Of a DNA stretch of 64,000 nt, positions 20,515 through 30,087 are shown piece by piece. The DNA is from Pelagomonas calceolata (lineage: Eukaryota): positions 4,588,001 through 4,652,000 of the forward strand of contig CAKKNE010000005.1 of assembly GCA_918797485.1 (NCBI GenBank), in the 5' to 3' direction. Under the pieces are notes generated by a model. It was not told where the DNA came from. It was given only the letters and a program-made list of their open reading frames with translations, and made no database searches. Position numbers and translations under genes: made by a program. How positions within the stretch are numbered: the first letter of the stretch is position 1; each line of letters starts with the position of its first letter.

Positions 20515-23500
20515 CTACAGTCCCTCGGACTCGTCGTCGTCGTCGAGGAGGTCGCCGAGGTTCTCTTCAACAAAGTCCTCGAAGACGCCCAGGGCGTCCT
20601 CGACGCCGGCCTTGCGGAGGGCCTGCCTTAATTCCTCGGCGTACTCTCCGGTGAGGGCCTCCTCGAGGTTCTCGCGGATCAGCTGGAGCATCTCCGCGGA
20701 CGTCCCGTCCTGCTCACCGGCCATCTCCTCGAGCGCCTCGCGCATCGCCGCCGCCATGAGCTCCGGGTCGTCTTCTTCTTCAGCGGCGGCGGCGGCGCGA
20801 GTCCGGCGCGGGGTGTTCGGCTTGTCCGGCACGAGGTCCGCCGTGAGCTGCGCCGCGAAGGCGTCATCAAATCCGGCGCGGCGGAGGGCCTTGTTGATGA
20901 CCTCGGCGTCGGCTCCGTCGACGGTCGCGAGGCCATCACGGATCATCTCGAGGATCTGGCTGGGCATCAGGCCGCCGCCGTCCATCGCCGCTTCGCCCAT
21001 CGCCTGGCGAACCAGCTCCGCCGCCGCCATGATATCCTTCTCAAGGTCGTCGGCGGCGGCGGCGGCGGCGGCGTCGCGTCGCGCGCCGTCGCCGCTGAAC
21101 TCGCCCATAACATCCTCGTAGACGCCGACGCGCTTGAGGTGCTTGAACATCTCCTCGAACACATCCTCCATGTCGGCCCCCTCGAAGAACGGCTGGGTGC
21201 CCAGAAACCCCCTCAAATGAGTACGGTACTCCTCCTCCACGATTTTCATGGTAGGCTGCTCGATGCCCTTCGCTTTCAGCCGCCGCGCGATGCCTTTCCG
21301 CAGTTCCGCCTTCATGCGCGCTGTCTGCGCGGCGAGGTGCTCGTCGCTGCCGAAGCCGTCGAACGTCTCCGCGCCGGCATCTTCCATGATATACTCGTTA
21401 GCGATGCCCGCGAAGATGTCTTGGAAGATCTCGTCGAAGACCTCTTGATCTAAGTCTCGGTTGCTTCTTATGAAGTCGCGGACAAACGTGGCGAAGGCCT
21501 CCTGCACGACGGCGCGCGGAGCCTTCCCCTTGAAGCCGCGAGCGCGCAGGCGCTCCTCGAGGCCCTCGCGCGCCTCGCGCACGAGGCGCTCGTCGTTGCT
21601 CTCGTCGTAGTCGCCATCATAGTCATACTCGTCGTCACCGTCGTCGTAGAGTTCGAACTGCTCGTCATCATAGTCGTCGTCCGGCCCGGGCTCGTCGACC
21701 GGGGGCCCGTCGCCTTCTCTCGCGGCGCGCATCTTCTCGACGTCCGCTTTGAGCTCGTCCAGACTCGTCCCCATCTCCCGCAAGAGGTGTCCCAGGGCGT
21801 CGTCGCCGCCGCCAAAAGTTTCGAGGCTGGGACCGAGCATTTCGCGGAGCATGTCCGTCACATCGGCGTCGCCAGCGTCGCCAGCGTCGCCGCCATCGCC
21901 AGCGTCGCCAGCGTCGCCGCCAACGTCACCAGCGTCGCGGCGTCGGCGGAAAGCCGGAGCTTCGAGGGCGCTAAGCGGCACGTTCCGTTTCGTGTCGCGG
22001 TCGATCTTGACGTCGAAGGTGCCGTCGGCGTGGGCCGCGGTGATCGTGCCCGGCTCGGCCGTCCCGGCGACGGCGACGTCGTCGCCGACGCGGAACGCCG
22101 CGGGGTCGTCGTCGGCGTAGGCGTACTGTTTCAAGAGGTCCTCGAGCGTGGATTCAGGCAGATACATCTCTTTGGCCAGGTCGCGGGCCGCATATTCCAC
22201 GACGTTGCGGGGGGCCTTCTCGCCGTACCCGCGCCTGCGCAGATTTTCCTCCATGCCTTTGTGGACGGCCCGATTCGTCATCTCCTCCTCGACGATCTCC
22301 TTGACGGCCTTCTTCCGCGGGTCGAGCCAGCCCTCGGGCGCGCCCAGGATTTCCTCGGCCAACCGGCGGATCTTCCGCTGCGTCGCCTTGGGATCGAAGG
22401 CGCGGCGCACGGCGTCGCGCTCCGCCGCCGTGAGCTCGAAGTCGCCGTACTCGTTGAGCACCGGCGCGAGGTAGGATTCGCTCAAACCAAGGTCGCGGAA
22501 CGCCTCTTCCACAACGTCGCGCGGCGCCCGCTCGCCGGGCTTATAGCCTCTTTTTCCAAGACGCTCCTCCATGCCGTCGTGGATATTGCGCAGGTGGCGC
22601 GCCTCCATGAAGGTGAGCTCGCCCTCCCCCAGGTAGTCGCCCGTCCACTCCCTACCTTCAGTCGTCTCAACAAACCAGTATTCCGGGTGCAGATCTTTAT
22701 GTATTTGCGTGATGAAGGCCCGGTCTTCCGCCTTCAATCCCAGCTCGTCCCAGTCCTCTTTTGACAGATGTGGAATGTCCGCCACGTCGAGGCCCTCGAA
22801 GGCCTTGATATACATATCTTCCCGCACCGAACTCCGCGTGAACTTGTTGTTCGCCGCCGCCTTCAGGACGGCCTTCAGCCCGATCCCGCAGCCGCCGTCG
22901 ACCCAGGCCCCGGGCTTCCCGAGGCAGCCCGGGTACTCGGGCACATTATCCTCGTCAAAATCAGCGACGCAGTCCAAATGATCCAAAGTGTCGTCTCCGA
23001 CATAATCATGGGACGGCGGGTCGCACAGCGCCGCAATATGTACTACAGCTTCAAACTCGCAGGCCGACGTCTCGAAGACCGCCGCGAGCGCCACCTTTTC
23101 GCGCTTGCCTTCGTGGCGCGAGCACTCGTAGGCAACCGTGGTCTTGTAGACGCCACCGAGGCATGACGCGCCATGATCATAGGATTGGGCCACGACGCCC
23201 GCGTCGCTCATGTCATAACCATTATAATGTCCAAGGTCCACGCTACTATCGTCGCGGAACCGCCTTACATAATGATGGGGGCAGACCTCGTAGGTCCAGT
23301 CGTGCCGCCGCTTCTGGAGGCAGGTCGCGTTCAATCGTCGCGCCGCCCGCCCCGCGATCGCCGCGACCAAATCCGGCTTCGCGCAGGCCATCGGCGCCGC
23401 CACGAACATGCGGTAGTTGCGCGGCGTCGGTTCTATTACCAAAGCGACGCGGGCGGGGTCCCGCGCGTCGCGCGCGTCGCCGGCGCCGTGCGTGTGCTTG

Positions 23501-24192
23501 CGTTTGCTCTGAACGGCGTGAGTATCCTTCCAGACCTCGGCGCCGCGGCCGCCCTCGTCCGATGGTCGCGACGCCAGCCCGCAACCGACGTACACCGTCG
23601 TCCGTCGCCCGCCTTCGCCCCTCTCATAGGTCTCCACCAGCGCGTCGTGCATCAGCCCCGACGGGAAGGCGACGACCCGTTCGAGCGCGTCGTCGCCGAA
23701 GACGCCCCGCAGCTCCGAGGGCGACGCGAGCCGCCTACCAGGCTTCGTGTAGTTCCCCAACGCGTGGGCCCGGCCCGGCTCGAGCATGCCGCCCCTCACG
23801 GACGGTTTCGCCGGCCGGAACTGCGTCACGTACCTTCCAAAGCAGAGCTCGTAGGACCAGAACTCGTCCTTGGAGGCCGCCAGTACATCACAAACGTCGG
23901 CGGCGTCGCGCCAGCGCGCGTAGTCGCGCAGCGCCTTGTCCGCGGGCCGCTGCTCCTCGTCCCGATACTGCGGCTTGCGGTGCGCGTCGGCGGCGCTCAG
24001 CGCGCAGCGGTAGGGCCGGCCCCGTCGATCCGTCATCGCGACGCCGCCCCGCAGCGACATTTGAGTGGAGTCGAAGACACGCACGACGCGGCGCCGGTTC
24101 CAGTCGACGCGGTCGTCGGCGCGCGACGCGGCGAGGACCAGTAGCGCTCGCATTGCCGCGCCGGAGGGCGACTTCTGGCGTCGCGCGGGCAT
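20515..24192 (-). CDS. OS-9/Erlectin-like ER lectin (two MRH/PRKCSH-type domains) with very long acidic C-terminal extension
   Basis: FWSYELCFGRYVTQF and WTYEVCPHHYVRRF..LG..QSYDHGASC..TTVAYEC..ETSACEF; start ATG 24192 or 24153. Confidence 0.72.
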   Translation of the reverse strand: MPARRQKSPSGAAMRALLVLAASRADDRVDWNRRRVVRVFDSTQMSLRGGVAMTDRRGRPYRCALSAADAHRKPQYRDEEQRPADKALRDYARWRDAADVCDVLAASKDEFWSYELCFGRYVTQFRPAKPSVRGGMLEPGRAHALGNYTKPGRRLASPSELRGVFGDDALERVVAFPSGLMHDALVETYERGEGGRRTTVYVGCGLASRPSDEGGRGAEVWKDTHAVQSKRKHTHGAGDARDARDPARVALVIEPTPRNYRMFVAAPMACAKPDLVAAIAGRAARRLNATCLQKRRHDWTYEVCPHHYVRRFRDDSSVDLGHYNGYDMSDAGVVAQSYDHGASCLGGVYKTTVAYECSRHEGKREKVALAAVFETSACEFEAVVHIAALCDPPSHDYVGDDTLDHLDCVADFDEDNVPEYPGCLGKPGAWVDGGCGIGLKAVLKAAANNKFTRSSVREDMYIKAFEGLDVADIPHLSKEDWDELGLKAEDRAFITQIHKDLHPEYWFVETTEGREWTGDYLGEGELTFMEARHLRNIHDGMEERLGKRGYKPGERAPRDVVEEAFRDLGLSESYLAPVLNEYGDFELTAAERDAVRRAFDPKATQRKIRRLAEEILGAPEGWLDPRKKAVKEIVEEEMTNRAVHKGMEENLRRRGYGEKAPRNVVEYAARDLAKEMYLPESTLEDLLKQYAYADDDPAAFRVGDDVAVAGTAEPGTITAAHADGTFDVKIDRDTKRNVPLSALEAPAFRRRRDAGDVGGDAGDAGDGGDAGDAGDADVTDMLREMLGPSLETFGGGDDALGHLLREMGTSLDELKADVEKMRAAREGDGPPVDEPGPDDDYDDEQFELYDDGDDEYDYDGDYDESNDERLVREAREGLEERLRARGFKGKAPRAVVQEAFATFVRDFIRSNRDLDQEVFDEIFQDIFAGIANEYIMEDAGAETFDGFGSDEHLAAQTARMKAELRKGIARRLKAKGIEQPTMKIVEEEYRTHLRGFLGTQPFFEGADMEDVFEEMFKHLKRVGVYEDVMGEFSGDGARRDAAAAAAADDLEKDIMAAAELVRQAMGEAAMDGGGLMPSQILEMIRDGLATVDGADAEVINKALRRAGFDDAFAAQLTADLVPDKPNTPRRTRAAAAAEEEDDPELMAAAMREALEEMAGEQDGTSAEMLQLIRENLEEALTGEYAEELRQALRKAGVEDALGVFEDFVEENLGDLLDDDDESEGL

Positions 24193-24376
24193 CGCTGCGA
24201 TCGATGCGGTGCCGCTGCTCGTACGGCGATGTGTCGATTCACGGCTGCGCAAGGCGTCGCGAGGGCCAAAGCTCTCGTCGAGAGATGCTTCGCGTAAAGT
24301 TGAGGCACGTATGCGAGTAAGCACTGCCAAATTGACGCGTAGTGACCGCGAGGGCGTCGAGCCGCTTTTACGGCAG

Positions 24377-24398
24377 CTAGCGTTCGGTAAGATACTAG
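24377..24398. promoter_or_regulatory. CTAG bipartite upstream element
   Basis: CTAGCGTTCGGTAAGATACTAG between divergent genes. Confidence 0.6.
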
Positions 24399-24616
24399 CA
24401 ACCCTCAAGTTTCGAGCACGCGAGCTGCCCGCCGTAGCCGCAGATCTCATATTCACATACAATATAAGGTCATAAACGCTCCTCTCTCGACGTTCGACGC
24501 AGCCCCCGCCAGCCAAGGCTCGCGCGGCAGCTTCCACAACTCGACTTTTTGGCTGCCCCCCACGCCGCGCGCCGGGTGCCGCACCCCTAGCCCGTGGACC
24601 ATAGCACGCCGTCGCC

Positions 24617-25312
24617 ATGCCCAAGAAACCAAAGCCAGACAGGGACGTCGTCGGCCCGCCCGCGGAGGGCGGCCACGCCGAGGCGAAGGACGACGAGGCC
24701 GCCCGAAAACGCGAGGCCAAGGCCGAGAAGAAGCGCGAAGCGAAAAGACTGGCCAAAGAAAAGCGCGCGCGGGAGGAGGCGGAACGCGCAGCCGCGCCCG
24801 CCCGTCCTGATAGACCTGCGCCCGCGCGGCCCGCTCCTACGCAACCCGCGGAGCCCGAGCCCAAGGCTCCTGACACAACAGAAGAGTCGAAGAGCGAGCG
24901 CAAGAAGGAGGCCAAGGCCCAACGGCAGCGGGCCGACGCGCCTCCATTACCACCGAAGGACAAGGACGGGGTCGTCGGTGGTGATACTGTATTTTTCGAA
25001 CAAATACAACCGAACGTCGCGTACCTCATCGAGAACGTGGCGCGGAAGCACCTCGAAGGAAGAGCCTACGACGTCAAGTATCATGCCAGGTGGACGGACG
25101 GAATAACCCAAGACGTGTTAGATCAATGCCGGGCCCTGTCCCCAAATTTCAAGTGGATGATCAGCTGTTTGATCGTGCAGAAGAAGGATAGGACCGCTAT
25201 TTTTAGTGAGTCCGTGGCGTATTATGATCAACAGATGGACGGCTACGCGGCCTACGAGTACTCGGGCTCCAAATGTTTATGCGTGGTCCACGTGTTCTCG
25301 GCGGCGATATAG
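24617..25312 (+). CDS. Dynein light chain Tctex-1 family protein with charged N-terminal extension
   Basis: LEGRAYD..WTDGITQDVL..FKWMISCLIVQK..YYDQQMDG..CVVHVFSA. Confidence 0.82.
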   Translation: MPKKPKPDRDVVGPPAEGGHAEAKDDEAARKREAKAEKKREAKRLAKEKRAREEAERAAAPARPDRPAPARPAPTQPAEPEPKAPDTTEESKSERKKEAKAQRQRADAPPLPPKDKDGVVGGDTVFFEQIQPNVAYLIENVARKHLEGRAYDVKYHARWTDGITQDVLDQCRALSPNFKWMISCLIVQKKDRTAIFSESVAYYDQQMDGYAAYEYSGSKCLCVVHVFSAAI

Positions 25313-25358
25313 GGGTAAGTATATCTAGTGTGACAGAAAATTTCTTACCCGGTGGCGC

Positions 25359-27047
25359 TCAAAATAGAAACACCCGGATGGCAATCAGCGCGTAGAACGT
25401 CACGGGAGTAATCCACTCACGCCTCAAACTGACGGCGAGGACGATCATCAGCAGGCAGTCCGCCAGAGGAGGCCGAGGCGTAATCTCCTCGCCGTGATCT
25501 GGCGCCTGGGGCGGCGCCGGGCCTTGCGCGGCGTCGGCGTCGTCGGCATCGCGTCGCGCGGTCCGGCGTCGCCTCGCCGGCGCCCCCGTGGGCTGCGCGT
25601 CACCGGGCGCAGACGGCTCCGCCGCCGACACAGGAGCGGGCGCCGGCGCCGGCATCGGCGCAGGCGCGGGCCGAGACGCCGGCGCGGCGGGCGCGGGCGC
25701 GGGAACTGCTCGCGAGGCGCCGGACCGACCGGATTTCTTGCCCTTCTTCTTCTTGGACGGCCCGGGCGTGATGGCGTCCGCCGTGGGGTGCGTCCAGCTC
25801 GTGCGCCCCGTCGCGCGTTCAAAGAAGTAGGGTCGGCCATGGCTCGCGGGGTCGCGCGCCGCCTCCCAGCCGGGCGGCAAAGGGGGATCAAAAGGCCCCC
25901 CGCGGGCCGCGGCGAGTGATGATTTTGCTCGGTCGAGGGTGATCTGGACCTTCTTGGTCTCGGGATGCGCGGGACCGTAGACGCGTTGCATGGTTTTCAA
26001 AACGGCCCCGATGCCCGTCACGCTTTCGACCAGGTCCGGGACTGATGATTCGGCATCGTATAAAATCGCGTCGAAGGAAGCCCAGCGTAGTCGCATCGTA
26101 ATTGGGTGTTGGGCTCCGAGGACGCGCTGCGATGTGGCGACGAGGTCGTGCTTGCGCAGAAACTCGCGAGCTTCGGCGTGCTTTCTGTTTTGTGACAAGC
26201 CCGCCACGAGATTGAGGCCGGCGAGAATCGTTTGTTGGTGCGCGGTACCGAGCGTGGCCTTATAACGCGCGAACACGCTCGTCTCAGCCGCAAACGCCTC
26301 ATCGTGGCGACCAAGCCGGTTGAGACAAAGGGCGATGTTTGCTTGAACCGTAAGCAAATCGTGTTTGGTGGCGGTCTTGTCGCGCCGCAAAGAGTTCAAT
26401 ACCGCCTCGTATACGCAGAGCGCCTCCTCAGCGCGTCCAACGTCACGCTCTGAAAGACCATTGCCGAGTACTGTGAGGGAATTGAGTCGCGCCATGTCCA
26501 TCTCCGGTAGCCCCGCGTACGTCCTGTAGCAAGCCCATCCGAGCGCGCATCGCACATCGCCATGGTATGGTTGCTTGCACAGATCACACGTGTCCCACCG
26601 CTTCCACCGCTCATGGTGGGCCTCGAGACCCAACTTATCCTCCAGCGCCTCCGCGACCAAAAGCTTCGCCTGATCCGCTAAGCACGACACGTGCGCGACG
26701 CCCAGTTCTGGAGAAGTGACGCCCTCACGATCTCCACACGCGCATCCGCGCACGAGGCCTTCTCCCGTGCGCGGATGCACGGCCTCGAGACAGATGTAGC
26801 ATTTCTGGCCCTTCGTGTCCGCCGCGCATTTCTCGACCGCGACCGCGACGGTCTCCTTGTATTTTTTGTCCGCATTGTAAGTTTCTGCGTTACCGGCGCG
26901 GTGTATTTTCTTGCAGATCTGCTTGTGGCCGCGGCGCCAGTGGTCGTGCTGGCAAGTCGAGTCACAATAGCGCATTTTACAGCGTACGCATCGCGGCGCG
27001 TCGTGGGCCAGTGGGGCGGCACAGGCGGCGCAATTTGTGAGGAGCAT
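25359..27047 (-). CDS. MYND + RINGv-like + TPR protein with added WW domain and C-terminal hydrophobic segment
   Basis: Paralog of 2267-3382; WW LPPGWEAARDP..GRPYFFERATGRTSWTHP. Confidence 0.85.
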   Translation of the reverse strand: MLLTNCAACAAPLAHDAPRCVRCKMRYCDSTCQHDHWRRGHKQICKKIHRAGNAETYNADKKYKETVAVAVEKCAADTKGQKCYICLEAVHPRTGEGLVRGCACGDREGVTSPELGVAHVSCLADQAKLLVAEALEDKLGLEAHHERWKRWDTCDLCKQPYHGDVRCALGWACYRTYAGLPEMDMARLNSLTVLGNGLSERDVGRAEEALCVYEAVLNSLRRDKTATKHDLLTVQANIALCLNRLGRHDEAFAAETSVFARYKATLGTAHQQTILAGLNLVAGLSQNRKHAEAREFLRKHDLVATSQRVLGAQHPITMRLRWASFDAILYDAESSVPDLVESVTGIGAVLKTMQRVYGPAHPETKKVQITLDRAKSSLAAARGGPFDPPLPPGWEAARDPASHGRPYFFERATGRTSWTHPTADAITPGPSKKKKGKKSGRSGASRAVPAPAPAAPASRPAPAPMPAPAPAPVSAAEPSAPGDAQPTGAPARRRRTARRDADDADAAQGPAPPQAPDHGEEITPRPPLADCLLMIVLAVSLRREWITPVTFYALIAIRVFLF

Positions 27048-27108
27048 CTTGGTCTGGCGTGAGGCGGTATGCGGGTCGCGTTAGTCGGCAATGCGTTGCT
27101 GATAATTG

Positions 27109-27130
27109 CTAGTGTCTTACATGCCGCTAG
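27109..27130. promoter_or_regulatory. CTAG bipartite upstream element
   Basis: CTAGTGTCTTACATGCCGCTAG between divergent genes. Confidence 0.7.
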
Positions 27131-27323
27131 TGTGATTATAATCCCGACGAAGCCAGCCCTTGCTTTGTGCGCGGCTAGCGGCGTGCGCGTGGGTCAAACG
27201 CGGATCAGACGTCCGCAGAAATAGCGCTTACCTTGCGAAGACCTCGCAGCGGCCGCGCCCGAGCCCCCAGCAGTCGCAGAGGGAACGTTCAGGCCACTGC
27301 TGTAACGGGCAGAACGACGCGCG

Positions 27324-29800
27324 ATGGCCCAACAACAACTAGCAGACAAGCGCGACCAGTTCGTACGAACCCTCTGGGACCGCGCCGACACGCTGCGGCG
27401 CGGCGAGTTCGACACCGCCGCGCGCCTCGCGACGATAAAGGCGTTGGTAAGAATAGCAGTGCACGAGCAGCCGCTCCGGTCGGCAACGCAGTGCCGCCAA
27501 GTCAAGAGCGTCGGCTCGGCCATCATCGACGTGCTTGCCACAGCAAATGGACCAACCACCACCGAGAACGGGAAGTACGCGTCCGCCGCCGTCGCGATAT
27601 TAGCGGCGCTCCTGGAAACGGAGAAGACGACGATCCCGACGCCGATGCGCGACGTGCTGGATGCAGCATCAAAGCTGCTCGAGAACAACCGCCGCTTCGC
27701 ACCTTTACAACAAATCTGCGCGGCGCCGGCTTCGTGTTCCGCGTGGGAGCAGCTGAAGATCCTCGAGGGCGCCCTGAAGCTTGTCAAGCGACGGCAGCGG
27801 TCGCAGTGCGAGGGCGGCTGCGCCTTCGAGCTCACGGACGAAGGCCGGGACGTCGCGCGGCGCCTCGCGAAGGAGCGGTGCGGGAATAATGAGGAGAGCC
27901 GCGGCGCGCTGCGGGCCTGGGGCGGGACGTCCGCCGACGACGTCGTGGTTTTGGTGGATGATCGCGAGGGCGGCGGCGACCGCCACCACCTCCATTCAAT
28001 TGGCCAGCTCCTGAGGGACAACCGGGCGCCCTTCGAGACGCGGACACTTCCGACGGGATTTGGGGATTACGTCATTGCGCGGAGGAGAGCCCGCGTCGAC
28101 GCAGCGACGGGCTGTGGCCCGCACGTCGCTCCTGTGTTAATAGAGCGCAAGTCCGCCGTCGACGTCGCGGCGTCGCTGAAGGATGGAAGGTGGCAGCGGC
28201 AGCACGATGCGATGAAGAGAGTGGCCCAGCTCGGTGCTTCACGGGCGGAGATCGTGTACGTCATCGAAGGCGACCCGTCGAAGCCTGTGTGGAAATCAAC
28301 AATTGCGTCGGGTGCTCGACGACGCGGCCGTCCTGGCTCGGTCGAGCGGCGAGGAACCGGCATCGCCACGCCATTGAGCAGGCGTCGCGTCGATGGCGTG
28401 GAGGGTGACGCGATGATTCAGCACGAACACGCCATAAATTTTGATTTCCACACAGGTCGAAACACGTCTACCGAGCCTGCGGCTGCGGTTGTCTCGGGAT
28501 AGGTGCCTGCGGCAACCCGAACCTGCAAGCGGTCACGGCCGCCATTTCAGAAAGGGAGCGCGCCGGTGCTAAAATCGTGCGCACGGCTGATCCAAGAGAC
28601 ACAGCGCGCTGGCTCGCCGCCGAGCGCCGGCGCCAGCTCCAGAGCCACTTCCGCGAGGCCGACCGGCCGCCGCCACAAACGCCCGAGAAGCGCAAGAAGC
28701 AGCCCACGCAAGAGGTCTCGCCGCCGAAGCGCAGTACTTCTGTATTGACCGCCGCCGCGCGCGCCGCCTGGACCCGGAGAGATAGGGACGCGCTCGGGCG
28801 CCTGAAAGTTACTGAGCTCAAGCAGCTCTGCGAGTCCGTGGGCGAGATCGCGTCGGGCAACAAGGCTGCTTTAGTTGATCGCTTGCTCACGCCGGCGAAC
28901 CCGGCTTTGCTTGTACAAAGGAAGCGCGCCGGTAAAAGAGTACCGCGAGACCGCACGTGCAACTACGCGTTGCTGTGCGCCTTAGATGCGGCCCAAGAAC
29001 CTTTGACGAAGGAGCGGTGGATGGCCGCGGCCGAAGCGACGGGAATTGCCAACGTCTCTTTGTACGAAAAGTCGGGCCCGATGGCTTACGACGGCTGGGC
29101 GGGCGTCGGCGGCGACCTCACGCAGGGCGACCCGCCTCTGGTCGTGAAAGAGCGCGGTTCCCGCTACAAGCTGTCGACGTGCGGTGGTGATGATGCAGGG
29201 AAGGCCGTGGCTTCGGCTCTGCACGCGAAGGCGCATCAGCGGGGCTGGTGCGCCTGCGCGCGGCCGCCTGCCCCTGTTCAACCGGTGCGCTTGGAAGCGC
29301 CGGAGCAGGCCATGTCGCCGCTGCACGCGGCGGCTCGAAGGGCGAGAGTGCGCACGCCGGAGACGCGCCGCGCGCCGCCGCCGCCGCGTTCGGCCTCGCC
29401 GCCGCGCCGGCGCTCGACCGCGCCGCCGACGCCTCCCACAACCGCGAGCAAGGCCGCGCGCGCCCGCGGCCGGCGACGGTCACCGGTGCCCGACGACGAC
29501 TCGGACGACAGCGTCCTGGGCTTCAGCCCGCCACGGCCCGCTCGCCCGCCCGCGACGCCGGCGTCGTCGATCATGGATTTGACGACGCCGCGCGTGCCGC
29601 CGTCCTCGGCCATGGACCTCGCGACGCCCGCGCCGCACTCCGGCGCGCAAACGCCGTACTCGAACGCCATGAGCCTCTCGTCGGAGGCGTCGGACGTCGT
29701 CGATTTGACGCGGTTGTCGTCGCCGTCGCCGGCGCGCGCGGCGTCGCCGATCGACCTCATCTCGCCGGCGGCGAGTCCTGCGCACGATAGCCCATCGTAA
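27324..29800 (+). CDS. Mus81/XPF-family ERCC4 endonuclease (HhH-WH-ERCC4-SAP-WH); intron 28277-28455
   Basis: VLVDDRE, GDY, IERKSAVDVAASLKDGRWQRQ, YVIEG; SAP LKVTELKQLC..GNKAALVDRL. Splicing joins ORFs 27324 and 28577 in frame. Confidence 0.82.
28285..28455. mobile_element. Introner element (intron 28277-28455)
   Basis: Perfect TIRs CTGTGTGGAAATCAA / TTGATTTCCACACAG; TSD GTCGAAGC / GTCGAAAC. Confidence 0.92.
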
Positions 29801-29858
29801 ACCACTCTGTCAGGCTCAGGCTAGTTACATCGCAGGGTCCCCCGTACCACTCTGTATG

Positions 29859-29880
29859 CTAGTGTCTTACAGGCCGCTAG
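29859..29880. promoter_or_regulatory. CTAG bipartite upstream element
   Basis: CTAGTGTCTTACAGGCCGCTAG about 210 bp upstream of the TDP1-like start. Confidence 0.7.
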
Positions 29881-30087
29881 GTATTAACGCGGCGGGCGCG
29901 GTTCGCGCGGACAGATCGGTTCCTGAGGCGCGAGCGCGTCTCCCGGCACGGCAGGAGGTCCTGACGCAGCGCATATCTCGACCCTTAACACCCTGCGCAG
30001 CGGCGCGCCGCGATACGACTGCTAAGATCAAAGCAGCTTTGACCAGCAGCACAGAGCACAAATAAAACAGCGGCGGGGAGCGAAAAA

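Noticed and set aside
21866..21936. 9-bp tandem repeats (GDA codons)
   Set aside because: Ordinary low-complexity coding repeat.
24193..25029. N-terminal part of the 1504-aa ORF
   Set aside because: It overlaps the Tctex-1 gene in antisense and spans the spacer containing the CTAG element. The real start is more likely 24192 or 24153.
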